Positions 1 to 9,100 of a stretch of 64,000 nt of DNA are shown here, one piece after another. The stretch comes from Brevundimonas sp. UBA7664. Its GTDB lineage: Bacteria; Pseudomonadota; Alphaproteobacteria; Caulobacterales; Caulobacteraceae. Numbering within the stretch: position 1 is the stretch's first letter; each line of letters begins with the position of its first letter. The stretch is from NCBI RefSeq assembly GCF_002483305.1, contig NZ_DLHQ01000050.1, positions 18,711 through 82,710 of the forward strand. The letters run 5' to 3'. Under the pieces are notes generated by a model. That model saw only the letters and a program-made list of their open reading frames with translations. It searched no databases and had not been told where the DNA came from. The position numbers and the translations under genes are program-made.

Positions 1-694
1 CTTCCACCAGCATCGCCACGCCTGCGCCGACGCCATGGAGCTTGAGATAGGCGTTGAGCAGGTCGATGTCGGGGTCGGCGGCGCGCTGATCGAGCCCGGT
101 GACGCACTGAAGAACATGGATGGCGCTGGCCATCGCGAGCAGGGGCAGGGCGGCGCGAACCGCGCGGCCGGCCTGGGGGCTCCCGTCCCAGGCGATCGCG
201 GCCGGCCCGGCCAGCCCGTCGGGGTCGCCGCGGGCGATCAGCACCGGCGCGCGATCCGCGAGCAGGGACTGGTTCAGAAGGTCCTCGATGAGTGCGTCCT
301 GGAGCCCCGCCTGGGCGATCACGACCAGGTCGGCCAGGGCCGAATGGCGGGACAGGGCGAGCGCCGGCCGCAGCCCGCGTGAGAGCACCGACATCCGGGG
401 CGCGCCCTGGCCGGCTCCAAAGACGAGGTCCGCCGCCTTCGCCGCCTGCTGGGCGGCGGTCTCCACGCGCGCCTGCATGGTTCGCTCGGCCTCCGCCAGT
501 TCCTCGACGGCATCCCGAGGAAGCGTTGCGCCGAGCGCCAGACCGAGGGTGACCATATCGACCGCGGAGTCGGGATAGACGGGAACGATGTCGGCCACGG
601 CGTCGTGCTGACCCGCCAGCCAAGCGGCGAAGGCCAGGGCGGCCGGGTCGCCGGCGCCGCCGGAGGCCAGGGCAAGGATGCGTTTCAGGCTCAT
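1..694 (-). CDS. Universal stress protein (tandem USP domains), 3' end runs off the window
   Basis: Manual translation from ATG at 694 (AGGAGA RBS upstream): MSLKRILALASGGAGDPAALAFAAWLAGQH...ADLVVIAQ...APVLIAR...AAIAWDGSPQAGRAVRAALPLL, a typical USP pattern. Not in the ORF track because it is open at the window edge. Confidence 0.85.
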   Translation of the reverse strand, partial: MSLKRILALASGGAGDPAALAFAAWLAGQHDAVADIVPVYPDSAVDMVTLGLALGATLPRDAVEELAEAERTMQARVETAAQQAAKAADLVFGAGQGAPRMSVLSRGLRPALALSRHSALADLVVIAQAGLQDALIEDLLNQSLLADRAPVLIARGDPDGLAGPAAIAWDGSPQAGRAVRAALPLLAMASAIHVLQCVTGLDQRAADPDIDLLNAYLKLHGVGAGVAMLVE

Positions 695-742
695 GGTCGA
701 TCTCCTTCGAGCAAACCATGAGCCACCGGCGCGAGCCCGCAC

Positions 743-756
743 TTGATCCGCATCAA
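743..756. promoter_or_regulatory. FixK/FNR-type binding site
   Basis: TTGATccgcATCAA is a perfect match to TTGAT-N4-ATCAA, about 50 nt upstream of the USP start at 694. Confidence 0.85.
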
Positions 757-802
757 GGGATCGGAAAAAGCGCGCGAGCGGCCAGACCGAAAAGGGCGGC
801 GC

Positions 803-1165
803 CTAGGGCTCGACCTTCACGGTTTCCAGATAGGCGACCAGGTCGTCGATCTCGCTGGCGCGAAAGACATAGGCCGGCATCGCCGGGTGGCTGGTGACCA
901 GGCCTTCGGCGAAGGCCTCCTCGAGCTGATCGAGCGGGCGGCGGTGAACAATCTCGCGAAACGGCGTGGCTGCGGCCATCGGACTGTCACCGACAGCGCC
1001 CACCGCATGGCAGCTCGCGCAGGCCCCGGTCGCGAGCTGCCGGCCCCGCACGGCCGCCTGCTCCATTGTGTCGGGACGGGTCGATATCGTCGTGGACAGG
1101 GGCTCCGGGCTGGCGCAGGCGGCGCAGCTCAGCGCGAGGGCGGCAGCGAGGCGAGGTAGGAACAT
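803..1165 (-). CDS. Small exported c-type cytochrome (possible lipoprotein)
   Basis: MFLPRLAAALALSCAAC signal/lipobox-like N-terminus, CASCH heme motif, distal HPAMP Met ligand; GGAGAT RBS before ATG 1165. Confidence 0.85.
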   Translation of the reverse strand: MFLPRLAAALALSCAACASPEPLSTTISTRPDTMEQAAVRGRQLATGACASCHAVGAVGDSPMAAATPFREIVHRRPLDQLEEAFAEGLVTSHPAMPAYVFRASEIDDLVAYLETVKVEP

Positions 1166-1214
1166 CGTGCATCTCCAGGGCGGCCCAGACTGGGGTGTTG
1201 GTGAAGGCGGGGCG

Positions 1215-1228
1215 TTGATCCTGATCAA
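1215..1228. promoter_or_regulatory. FixK/FNR-type binding site in a divergent promoter
   Basis: TTGATcctgATCAA is a perfect consensus, centred between the divergent cytochrome c (1165) and USP (1279) starts. Confidence 0.85.
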
Positions 1229-1278
1229 GGCGGAGGACGATCGGGCGCCGTTCTCTTTCTCCACAGACGGAGACAGCC

Positions 1279-2109
1279 ATGACCTACGCCAGCCTTCTTG
1301 TCGCCGTCGATGACGGCCCCGAGAGCGACAGCCGCCTCGAACTGGCCTGTGACCTCGCCAATGCCTTCAACGCTCATCTGACCGGCCTCTGCACCGGTTC
1401 CATCGCGCCGCCGCTGTATGATCCGCTGGGCGGCGGGGCCATGGTCGGCGAGTTGCTGGCTCTCTATCGCGACATGGCGGAGGCCGAGGTGAAGCGCGCC
1501 GCCGAGCGGTTCGCCGACATCACGCGCGCGCGCGACGTCGAGACCGACTGGCGAGGCCAGATCGGGTTTCCGGGCGAGGTGTGTTCCCGCGAAGCGCGGG
1601 CGGTGGACCTGGTCATCCTCGGCGGCCGCAATGCGCGGGCGCCCTGGCACGCCCCGGATGTGGCCGACGTCCTGATGGGCAGCGGACGGCCCGTGCTGGT
1701 CACCCCGCCGACCCGCCTGCGCAATCCGGTCGGCGAGCCCGCCCTGGTCGCGTGGAAGGACTGCCGGGAAGCCCGCCTGGCCTTGTCCGCGGCGCTTCCG
1801 CTGCTGCGGCGGGCCAGGGGCGTCACGATCTATGCGATCCGCGCCCCCGATGACATCGAAGCCGCCGGCGACGAACTGTCCGACATCGTGCGCTTTCTGG
1901 CCCGACACGGGGTCGCCGCCGAGCCCGTGGTCGTGGCCCCGACCGAGGCCTCCGCCGGGCGTCAGGTCCTCGACGAAGCCCTCGCGCGAAGCGCGGGCCT
2001 GATCGTGGCGGGGGGCTATGGGCATAGCCGCCTGCGGGAATGGGCGCTCGGCGGCGTGACCCGCGACCTCATCAGCGACAGCCCGATCTGCCTCTGCCTC
2101 TCCCACTAG
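1279..2109 (+). CDS. Universal stress protein (tandem USP domains)
   Basis: LLVAVDDGPES, DLVILG, GRPVLVTP, LVAWKDCREARLAL, C-terminal LIVAGGYGHSRLREWALGGVTRDL...PICLCLSH. Confidence 0.92.
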   Translation: MTYASLLVAVDDGPESDSRLELACDLANAFNAHLTGLCTGSIAPPLYDPLGGGAMVGELLALYRDMAEAEVKRAAERFADITRARDVETDWRGQIGFPGEVCSREARAVDLVILGGRNARAPWHAPDVADVLMGSGRPVLVTPPTRLRNPVGEPALVAWKDCREARLALSAALPLLRRARGVTIYAIRAPDDIEAAGDELSDIVRFLARHGVAAEPVVVAPTEASAGRQVLDEALARSAGLIVAGGYGHSRLREWALGGVTRDLISDSPICLCLSH

Positions 2110-2157
2110 AGACCCCGGGCTATCGACAGACGCCGGATTGCAGGCGCACTGAGGAGA

Positions 2158-2739
2158 ATGGTCGAGACGCGATCTGCGCTGAAGGTCGGGCACGATGTGC
2201 CCTGGGTGACCAGCTGGACGGGCGAAGCCATCGTGGGCGTCGGACCGTGCCCGAGCGTCCGCGGCCGTCTCGCGATCGGCCAGATCCAGGACGCGGGCTG
2301 CGGCAAGCCGCAATACTCAAAGAACCACATGGTCCGGCAACGTCTCTCGGTCGTCCGGATGCTGTGTCCCATGTGCGGCGAGCCGACCGCGCCGGGGGAT
2401 CGCTGGACCGAGGTGGCGAAGCTCGTCGCCGCGGGCGTTCTGAGGTCACGCGGGATAGCGATCGCGACGGCGATCGACGGTGACACGGTGTTGCTCGACG
2501 CCGGCTCGATCGCCCCGCTGCACAGGCGCTGCGTCGACCGGTCGCTTCTCCACTGCCCGCATCTGCGAGCGAGCCCCGACGTTCGTGTGATGAAGTTTCC
2601 GGAGACCTGGTCGGTGATCCCCCTGTTGGTGGATACGGACGCGGTGGACGGCCACAGGCCCGACGTCATCGGGTTTCTGCAGCTCTGCGGCCTGACGCGA
2701 ACCGTCGACCGGCGATGGCGGCTGAACCTGGGCCGCTAG
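2158..2739 (+). CDS. Hypothetical protein with Cys/His motifs (possible Zn-binding)
   Basis: 193-aa ORF with GGAG RBS; contains VPWVTSWTGE, CPMC, PLHRRC and HCPHL. Confidence 0.6.
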   Translation: MVETRSALKVGHDVPWVTSWTGEAIVGVGPCPSVRGRLAIGQIQDAGCGKPQYSKNHMVRQRLSVVRMLCPMCGEPTAPGDRWTEVAKLVAAGVLRSRGIAIATAIDGDTVLLDAGSIAPLHRRCVDRSLLHCPHLRASPDVRVMKFPETWSVIPLLVDTDAVDGHRPDVIGFLQLCGLTRTVDRRWRLNLGR

Positions 2740-2762
2740 TTTCCGATTTCAGGGAAGGACGA

Positions 2763-2838
<76 letters not shown>

Positions 2839-3036
2839 GGACCATGCGTCTGGCGAAGCCTCGCGAGGGTCACGCCGTCCCGGCCGCGCCGGTCAGGACC
2901 GGCGTCGGCGAGGGGGCGTTCCTAATGGGAATGATTGTCGCGTGCAAGGAGATTTGGCGCTCCGTTTCGGTTTGTCGCAGGACCGGATAAGCTCGTTCGG
3001 AATCAGCCGCGGGGGTGCGGCGGGGGGACGAACAAC

Positions 3037-4488
3037 ATGGCTTTCTGGAACCGCCGGCGCTCGATCGACGCCATGCTGGCCCCGCACGACGGGCCGGCGT
3101 TGAAGAAGACGCTGGGCTGGCCGCATCTGATGGCCCTGGGCGTCGGGGCCATCGTCGGCACTGGCATCCTGACCCTGATCGGGGTCGGCGCCGGCCTGGC
3201 CGGGCCGGCGGTGATGATCAGCTTCGCCCTTGCGGGTCTGGTCTGCGCCTGCGCCGCCCTGGCCTATGCCGAACTGTCGACGATGATGCCGGCGGCGGGC
3301 AGCGCCTACACCTATTCCTATGCCGTGCTGGGCGAGTTGATCGCCTGGATCGTCGGCTGGAGCCTGATCCTCGAATACTCCCTGGTGGTGTCGGCGGTGG
3401 CGGTCGGCTGGTCCGGCTATGCGACCGGCTTCCTCGCCGGGATGGGCGTGGAGCTGCCCGCCATGCTGGCGGCGGGACCGCACGTCGAGGGCGGTCTGAT
3501 CAACCTGCCGGCGGTGTTCATCATCGCCGTGGTGACGGGTCTGCTGCTGCTCGGCACGCGCGAGAGCGCCACGCTGAACGCCGTGCTCGTGGTCATCAAG
3601 ATTGTGGCCCTGATCGCCTTCGTGGCCATCGCCCTGCCGGCCTTCGACGCCGCCAACTTCACCCCCTTCATGCCCAACGGGTTCGGATCCCCGGCCCTGC
3701 CGTTCGCGGAACAGATCACCGGCCAGCCCGTGGTCCAGACCGGGGTCATGGCGGCGGCGGCGATCATCTTCTTCGCCTTCTACGGCTTCGACGCCATCTC
3801 GACGGCGGCCGAGGAAACCAAGCGGCCCGAGCGCGATCTGGCCATCGGCATCGTCGGCTCCATGGTCGTCTGCACCGCCCTGTATCTGGTCGTCGCCGCC
3901 GCCGCCATCGGCGCCCGCCCGGTCGCCAGTTTTGCCGAAAGCCCCGAGCCGCTGGCGCTGATCCTGCGCGAGATGGGGCAGGGGACGGCGGCGCAGTGGA
4001 TCGCCGTCTCGGCCGTTGTCGCACTGCCGACCGTGCTGCTGGCCTTCCTGTTCGGCCAGAGCCGCATCTTCCTCGGCATGGCCCGCGACGGCCTGCTGCC
4101 GCGCAAACTGGCCAAGGTGTCGGCGCGCGGCGTGCCGGCGGTGGTGACCATCTTCACCGCCATCGTGGTGGCGGGCCTCGCCGGCGTCATGCGGCTGGAC
4201 GAGCTGGCCTCGCTGGCCAATGCCGGAACGCTGGCGGCTTTCGCGGCGGTCGGCGTCTGCCTGATCGTGCTGCGCATCCGCGACCCGCACCGCCCGCGCG
4301 TCTTCAAGGCGCCGCTGTGGTGGCTGGTCGGAGCGATCACCATCATCGGCTGCATCGTCTTCTTCTTTAGCCTGCGCGCCTCGACCCAGATGTGGTTCGT
4401 GATCTGGAACGCCATCGGCCTCGTCCTCTATTTCGGCTGGTCGGCCTGGAACTCGCGCCTGGCCAAGGGCGAGGAGACCGCCGGCTGA
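3037..4488 (+). CDS. APC family amino acid permease
   Basis: LKKTLGWPHLMALGVGAIVGTGI, GPAVMISF, GSAYTYSY, FFAFYGFDAISTAAEETK; many TM segments. Start set at ATG 3037 (MAFWNRRRS). Confidence 0.93.
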   Translation: MAFWNRRRSIDAMLAPHDGPALKKTLGWPHLMALGVGAIVGTGILTLIGVGAGLAGPAVMISFALAGLVCACAALAYAELSTMMPAAGSAYTYSYAVLGELIAWIVGWSLILEYSLVVSAVAVGWSGYATGFLAGMGVELPAMLAAGPHVEGGLINLPAVFIIAVVTGLLLLGTRESATLNAVLVVIKIVALIAFVAIALPAFDAANFTPFMPNGFGSPALPFAEQITGQPVVQTGVMAAAAIIFFAFYGFDAISTAAEETKRPERDLAIGIVGSMVVCTALYLVVAAAAIGARPVASFAESPEPLALILREMGQGTAAQWIAVSAVVALPTVLLAFLFGQSRIFLGMARDGLLPRKLAKVSARGVPAVVTIFTAIVVAGLAGVMRLDELASLANAGTLAAFAAVGVCLIVLRIRDPHRPRVFKAPLWWLVGAITIIGCIVFFFSLRASTQMWFVIWNAIGLVLYFGWSAWNSRLAKGEETAG

Positions 4489-4838
4489 TGGCGTTGCGCG
4501 ACCTCTCCGGCGCGGTCGACTTCACCGTGCTGGAGCGGATGACCGGCGGCGACGACGGCATCACCGAGGAGGTGCTGGGCCTGTTCGTCCAGCAGGCCGC
4601 GATGTGGTCGCCGCTGCTGGACGTGCGCGAGGACGGCTGGCGCGACGGCGTGCACACCATCCGGGGGGCGGCCGCGGGCATCGGCGCGGGCGCCCTGGCG
4701 GCGGCCTGCCAGACGGCCGAGACGGCGGAGAAGGCCGCGGCGCCGCCGTTGCTGGAGCGGGTGCGCGACGCCCTGGAGATCGCGCTCGCGGACGTCGCCG
4801 CCTATCGTCACGAATTGTTGCTCAGATCACTGCGTTGA
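4488..4838 (+). CDS. shpA: Single-domain histidine phosphotransfer (Hpt) protein, ShpA-like
   Basis: MALRDLSGAVDFTVLERMTGGD...WRDGVHTIRGAAAGIGA...AAYRHELLLRSLR closely resembles Caulobacter ShpA as I recall it; the phospho-His is in HTIRG. ATG overlaps the permease TGA. Confidence 0.8.
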   Translation: MALRDLSGAVDFTVLERMTGGDDGITEEVLGLFVQQAAMWSPLLDVREDGWRDGVHTIRGAAAGIGAGALAAACQTAETAEKAAAPPLLERVRDALEIALADVAAYRHELLLRSLR

Positions 4839-4896
4839 CAACTTTGAGATGTCGGGCGCATCCTTTCAACGCTCACCACGGGCCATGGAGGTAGAC

Positions 4897-5259
4897 ATGC
4901 TGACGCTTTCCGCGATTGCAGCGACCATCCTGTTTGTTGCGACCCCGGCCGTGTCCCAGGATCGGGCGCTCGGCAATCCCAACTGGATCCCCGGTCAAAC
5001 CCCCTCCACCCTGACCCTGTATGAGCAGTCGGGTCTTCAGGGAAACAGTGTCCTGATCGTCGAAAGCGAAGGCAATCTCTCGGGCCGGACCGCCAGCCTG
5101 CGGGCCTCGGGCGGAAGCTGGGAAGTCTGCGATCAGCACAATTTCCGCGGCGAGTGCCGGGTCGTGGATGGCTGGGCGTTGAGCCTGAACCGCGATATCG
5201 GCTTGCGGAACATACGCTCCGTGCGCCCGGTGGCGCCGGACGACACCAGCCGCAACTAA
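4897..5259 (+). CDS. Secreted beta/gamma-crystallin domain protein
   Basis: Signal peptide; LTLYEQSGLQG...SLRASGGSWEVCDQHNFRGECRVV...IRSVRPV crystallin motifs; GGAGG RBS. Confidence 0.8.
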   Translation: MLTLSAIAATILFVATPAVSQDRALGNPNWIPGQTPSTLTLYEQSGLQGNSVLIVESEGNLSGRTASLRASGGSWEVCDQHNFRGECRVVDGWALSLNRDIGLRNIRSVRPVAPDDTSRN

Positions 5260-5582
5260 CCCCGTTCGCGGTCGAACGCCGCGAACTCATGGGCGATGCA
5301 GCGGTCGATCAGCAGCCGCCAGACCGGCTCGGCGATGTCCGGCGACAGGCCGGCCGGGCCGGCGGCGGCCAGCACCTTGGCCACAACGTCCTCGATGCGG
5401 GCGTCGTCATGGACGACGGACCGGTCCGGCTTGATGCGGGCGGCGGCGTCCATGTAGCGCTGGCGTTCGGCCAGCAGGGTGACCAGGGCGCGGTCCAGCG
5501 CATCCACGCCCTGGCGCACCTCGGCCATGGAGCCGCAGGCTTCCGGCGCGGTGCGCGGATCGATGGTGACGTTATCCGACAA
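5256..5582 (-). CDS. Chorismate mutase type II (AroQ-like, monofunctional)
   Basis: SMAEVRQGVDALDRALVTLLAERQRYMDAAARIK...DDARIEDVV. Start uncertain (TTG at 5582 overlapping the fpr end). Confidence 0.85.
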   Translation of the reverse strand: MSDNVTIDPRTAPEACGSMAEVRQGVDALDRALVTLLAERQRYMDAAARIKPDRSVVHDDARIEDVVAKVLAAAGPAGLSPDIAEPVWRLLIDRCIAHEFAAFDRERG

Positions 5583-6387
5583 AGGCGCGCTCCAGCACAT
5601 AGTCGCCCGGCTCGGCGTTCGAACCTTCCTTCATGCCGAAGGTTTCGAGCAGTTCGGCGGTTTCCTTGATCATGGCCATGGAGCCGCACAGCATGACCCG
5701 GTCGCGCTCGGGCGAGAAGCCGTGCGGCAGACCCAGATCGTCGAACAGGGCCCCGGACTTGATCCGGTCGGTGATCCGGCCGGCGTGTTCGAACGGCTCG
5801 CGGGTGACGGTGGGATAGTAGGTCAGCTGCGCCTTGGCCTCCTCGCCGATCAGGGGGTCGTCATGGATGCCCGAGGTGAGGAAGTCGCGGTAGGTCAGGT
5901 CGGCCTCGTGGCGCACCGTGTGGCAGACCACGACATGGCCGAACCGGCTGTAGGTGTCGGGATCGCGCGCCACGCTGAGCCAGGGCGCCAGGCCGGTGCC
6001 GGTCCCGATCAGCCACAACCGTTCGCCACCGGTCAGGGCGTCCAGCACCAGGGTGCCGGTCGGCTTCTTGCCCATCAGCACCGTATCGCCCGGCTGGATC
6101 TTCTGCAGGCGCGAGGTCAGGGGGCCGTCGGGGACCTTGATCGACAGGAACTCCAGCTGCTCGTCCCAGCCCGGGCTGGCGATGGAATAGGCGCGCAGGA
6201 TGGGCTTGCCGCCGTCTTCTCCCGGCAGGCCGAGCATGACGAACTCGCCCGAGCGAAACCGGAAATCCTCGGGGCGGGCGATGGCGAAGCTGAACAGCTG
6301 GTCGGTCCAGTGGCGAACCCACAGCACTTCCAGTTCATGGAAGGCCGAGGCTTTCGCGGGCGGCGGAGAGGCGGCGACGTCGGTCAT
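5572..6387 (-). CDS. fpr: Ferredoxin--NADP(+) reductase
   Basis: WTDQLFSF, FRSGEFVMLGL, RAYSIASP, GPLTSRLQ, GTGLAPWLS, MLCGSMAM, C-terminal YVLERAFV. Confidence 0.95.
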   Translation of the reverse strand: MTDVAASPPPAKASAFHELEVLWVRHWTDQLFSFAIARPEDFRFRSGEFVMLGLPGEDGGKPILRAYSIASPGWDEQLEFLSIKVPDGPLTSRLQKIQPGDTVLMGKKPTGTLVLDALTGGERLWLIGTGTGLAPWLSVARDPDTYSRFGHVVVCHTVRHEADLTYRDFLTSGIHDDPLIGEEAKAQLTYYPTVTREPFEHAGRITDRIKSGALFDDLGLPHGFSPERDRVMLCGSMAMIKETAELLETFGMKEGSNAEPGDYVLERAFVG

Positions 6388-6810
6388 TGCGCGCTTCTTA
6401 GGGGGTGAGGGGCGAGGGGGGAAGGGATGCCGTGTCGCGCCGGACAGGCTCGGCGAGCGTCCGCCCCGATGCTGTCTTCTCGCCCCTGATCATCGCGCCC
6501 CTTCCGACCCCTGACCGTGTCATCCCGCCCCCTGTCCCGACCTCCTGCGCCCACCATTCCGTCGCCTGCGACCGAAGCTGACGTATCGATGTGTCTCTAT
6601 GTACAACGGCCACAGGGGCAGGATTTTTGACGGTTCGAAACCCATCACGGCATCGGCATCCGCTTCGGCGGGCGGGTCTGGCGGCGATCTGCCGCAGGGT
6701 GGCTCGACTGTGCGGAAATTTCGGGATTCCACGGTGTACTCTCGCCCCCTCCGGCCGCTGCGCGGAATCGGGGGATGACGCCGGCCGAAACGCCCGCTAG
6801 CGTCAGCGCC

Positions 6811-9069
6811 ATGCGCAACAAACTCCTCGCCTCCACCCTGTTCCTCGCGGCCCTGTCGCCGTTCACCGCCGTGATGGCGCAAACCGCGGACCCGGCGGTC
6901 CTGACACCCGAACGGGTGTTCGCCAATCCGTCGCTGGCCGGACCGGTGGCGCGGGGCGTCAGCCTGTCGCCGGACGGCGAGCTGGTCGCCTTCCTGCGCT
7001 CGCGCGAGGACGACGTCGATGTGCTGGACCTGTGGGCCGCGCCGACCGGTGAGGGCGAGCCGTTCAAGCTGATCGACGCGCGGGCCCTGGTCCCCGACGC
7101 CGGCGAACTGTCCGAGGCCGAGAAGGCCCGACGCGAGCGGATGCGGATCAGCCAGCGCGGCGTGGTCGAATATTCGTGGGACCAACAGGGCCGCTACATC
7201 CTGGCCCCGCTGGAGGGCGACATCTTCCTGGCCAGCCGCGAGGGCGGGGCGGTGCGCCGCCTGACCGAGACCCCGGCCGACGAGATCGACGCCAAGGTCT
7301 CGCCTCAGGGCAATTTCGTCTCCTTCGTGCGCGACCAGGACCTGGTCGTGCTGGACCTGAACGGCGACCGCGAGACCGCGGTCACCACCGACGGCGAGGG
7401 GCTGATCACCTGGGCCACGGCCGAGTTCATCGCCCAGGAAGAGATGGACCGGGACACCGGCTACTGGTGGAGCCCGGACGAGCGCTACATCGCCCTGCAG
7501 CGCACGGACGAGAGCACGGTCGACATCGTGCCCCGTCTGGACATCACTGGCGGCGGCGCCTCCGTGGTCGAGCAGCGCTATCCGCGCGCCGGCCGCCCCA
7601 ATGCCGTGGTCGAGCTGTATGTCCACGATCGTCAGGGCGGCGAGCGGGTCAAGGTCGACCTGGGCTCGAATCCCGACATCTACCTGGCCCGCGTGAACTG
7701 GTCGGCGGACGGCCGCACCCTCTATGTCCAGCGCCAGTCGCGCGACCAGAAGACCCTGGACCTGCTCAGCGTCGATCCGGCCACGGGCGCGTCACGCGTG
7801 ATCGTGACCCAGCGGTCCGACGCCTGGGTGTCGCTGAACAATGACTTCCGCGCCCTCGAGAATGGCGACTTCATCTGGGCCTCGGAAGAGAGCGGGTGGA
7901 AGCATCTATATCTGTACAATCGCGACGGCCGCCGGCTGCGCGCGATCACGAGCGGCGAGTGGCCGGTCAAGTCGCTGGACGGGGTCAACCAGCAGACCGG
8001 CGAGGTCTTCTTCACCGCCTCGATGCGCGACGGCCGCGAGCTGCCGATCGAACAGCAGATGTTCCGCGCCAGCCTGCGCCGGACCGTGACGCCGACGCCG
8101 GTGACGCCCGCCGGCGGCTGGTGGTCGGCCTCGATGAACCGCACGGGCACGGCCTATGTCGGCAACTACACCGACATGGATACGCCGGCGCAGTCGGGCC
8201 TCTATCGCGCCGACGGGACCTTCGTGCGCTGGATCGAGGAGAACCGGCTGGACGCCGACCATCCGATGTATCCCTACGTCTCCCGGCGTGGCGAGACGAC
8301 CTTCGGCACGCTGGAAAGCCATGGCGAGACCCTGGTCTGGCAGATGACCACGCCGCCGGGCTTCGATCCGTCGAGACAGTATCCGGTGGTCATGCAGGTG
8401 TATGGCGGGCCGGGCGGCGGCGGGGTCAAGAAGGGCTGGCAGTCATCGACCAGCCAGCTGCTGACCGAGGCCGGCTATATCGTCTTCCGCCTCGACAACC
8501 GCGGCGAGGGCCTGCGCTCGGCGGCGTTCAAACAGGCGCTGTATCTGAAGATGGGTCAGCCCGAGATCGAGGATCAGGTGCTGGCGGCGAACTATCTGCG
8601 GTCGCTGCCCTATGTCGCCGACGACCGCATCGCCATGATGGGCTGGTCCTATGGCGGCTTCATGAGCCTGATGGCCCTGACCGAGCCGGACATGGGCCTG
8701 GCCTCGGCCATCGTCGGCGCGCCGCCGACCGAGTGGAGCCTGTACGACACCCACTACACCGAACGCTTCATGTCGACGCCCGAGGCGAACGTCGCAGGCT
8801 ACGCCGCCTCGGACGCCATTCCGCGGCTGCCGAACCTGACCGGGCGGATGCTGCTGCTGCACGGCATGGCCGACGACAACGTCATCCTCGAGAACACCAC
8901 GCGGGTGATGGACGCCATGCAAGCGTCGTCCATCCCGTTCGAACTGATGCTCTTCCCCGGCCAGCGCCACGGCGTGCGGGGCAATGAAAGGCAGCTGATG
9001 CAATGGCGGACGTATCTGGACTTCCTCGATCGCACGATCGGGACTCGAGCGCCGGCAGCACAGGACTGA
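6811..9069 (+). CDS. S9 family dipeptidyl peptidase IV-like exported peptidase
   Basis: Signal peptide, DPPIV N-terminal propeller (EEMDRDTGYWWSPD), nucleophile GWSYGG, HGMADDNV, and catalytic His in GQRHG. Confidence 0.93.
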   Translation: MRNKLLASTLFLAALSPFTAVMAQTADPAVLTPERVFANPSLAGPVARGVSLSPDGELVAFLRSREDDVDVLDLWAAPTGEGEPFKLIDARALVPDAGELSEAEKARRERMRISQRGVVEYSWDQQGRYILAPLEGDIFLASREGGAVRRLTETPADEIDAKVSPQGNFVSFVRDQDLVVLDLNGDRETAVTTDGEGLITWATAEFIAQEEMDRDTGYWWSPDERYIALQRTDESTVDIVPRLDITGGGASVVEQRYPRAGRPNAVVELYVHDRQGGERVKVDLGSNPDIYLARVNWSADGRTLYVQRQSRDQKTLDLLSVDPATGASRVIVTQRSDAWVSLNNDFRALENGDFIWASEESGWKHLYLYNRDGRRLRAITSGEWPVKSLDGVNQQTGEVFFTASMRDGRELPIEQQMFRASLRRTVTPTPVTPAGGWWSASMNRTGTAYVGNYTDMDTPAQSGLYRADGTFVRWIEENRLDADHPMYPYVSRRGETTFGTLESHGETLVWQMTTPPGFDPSRQYPVVMQVYGGPGGGGVKKGWQSSTSQLLTEAGYIVFRLDNRGEGLRSAAFKQALYLKMGQPEIEDQVLAANYLRSLPYVADDRIAMMGWSYGGFMSLMALTEPDMGLASAIVGAPPTEWSLYDTHYTERFMSTPEANVAGYAASDAIPRLPNLTGRMLLLHGMADDNVILENTTRVMDAMQASSIPFELMLFPGQRHGVRGNERQLMQWRTYLDFLDRTIGTRAPAAQD

Positions 9070-9100
9070 TCGCGTAATCAACGATACTTCGGGGGGCCGG

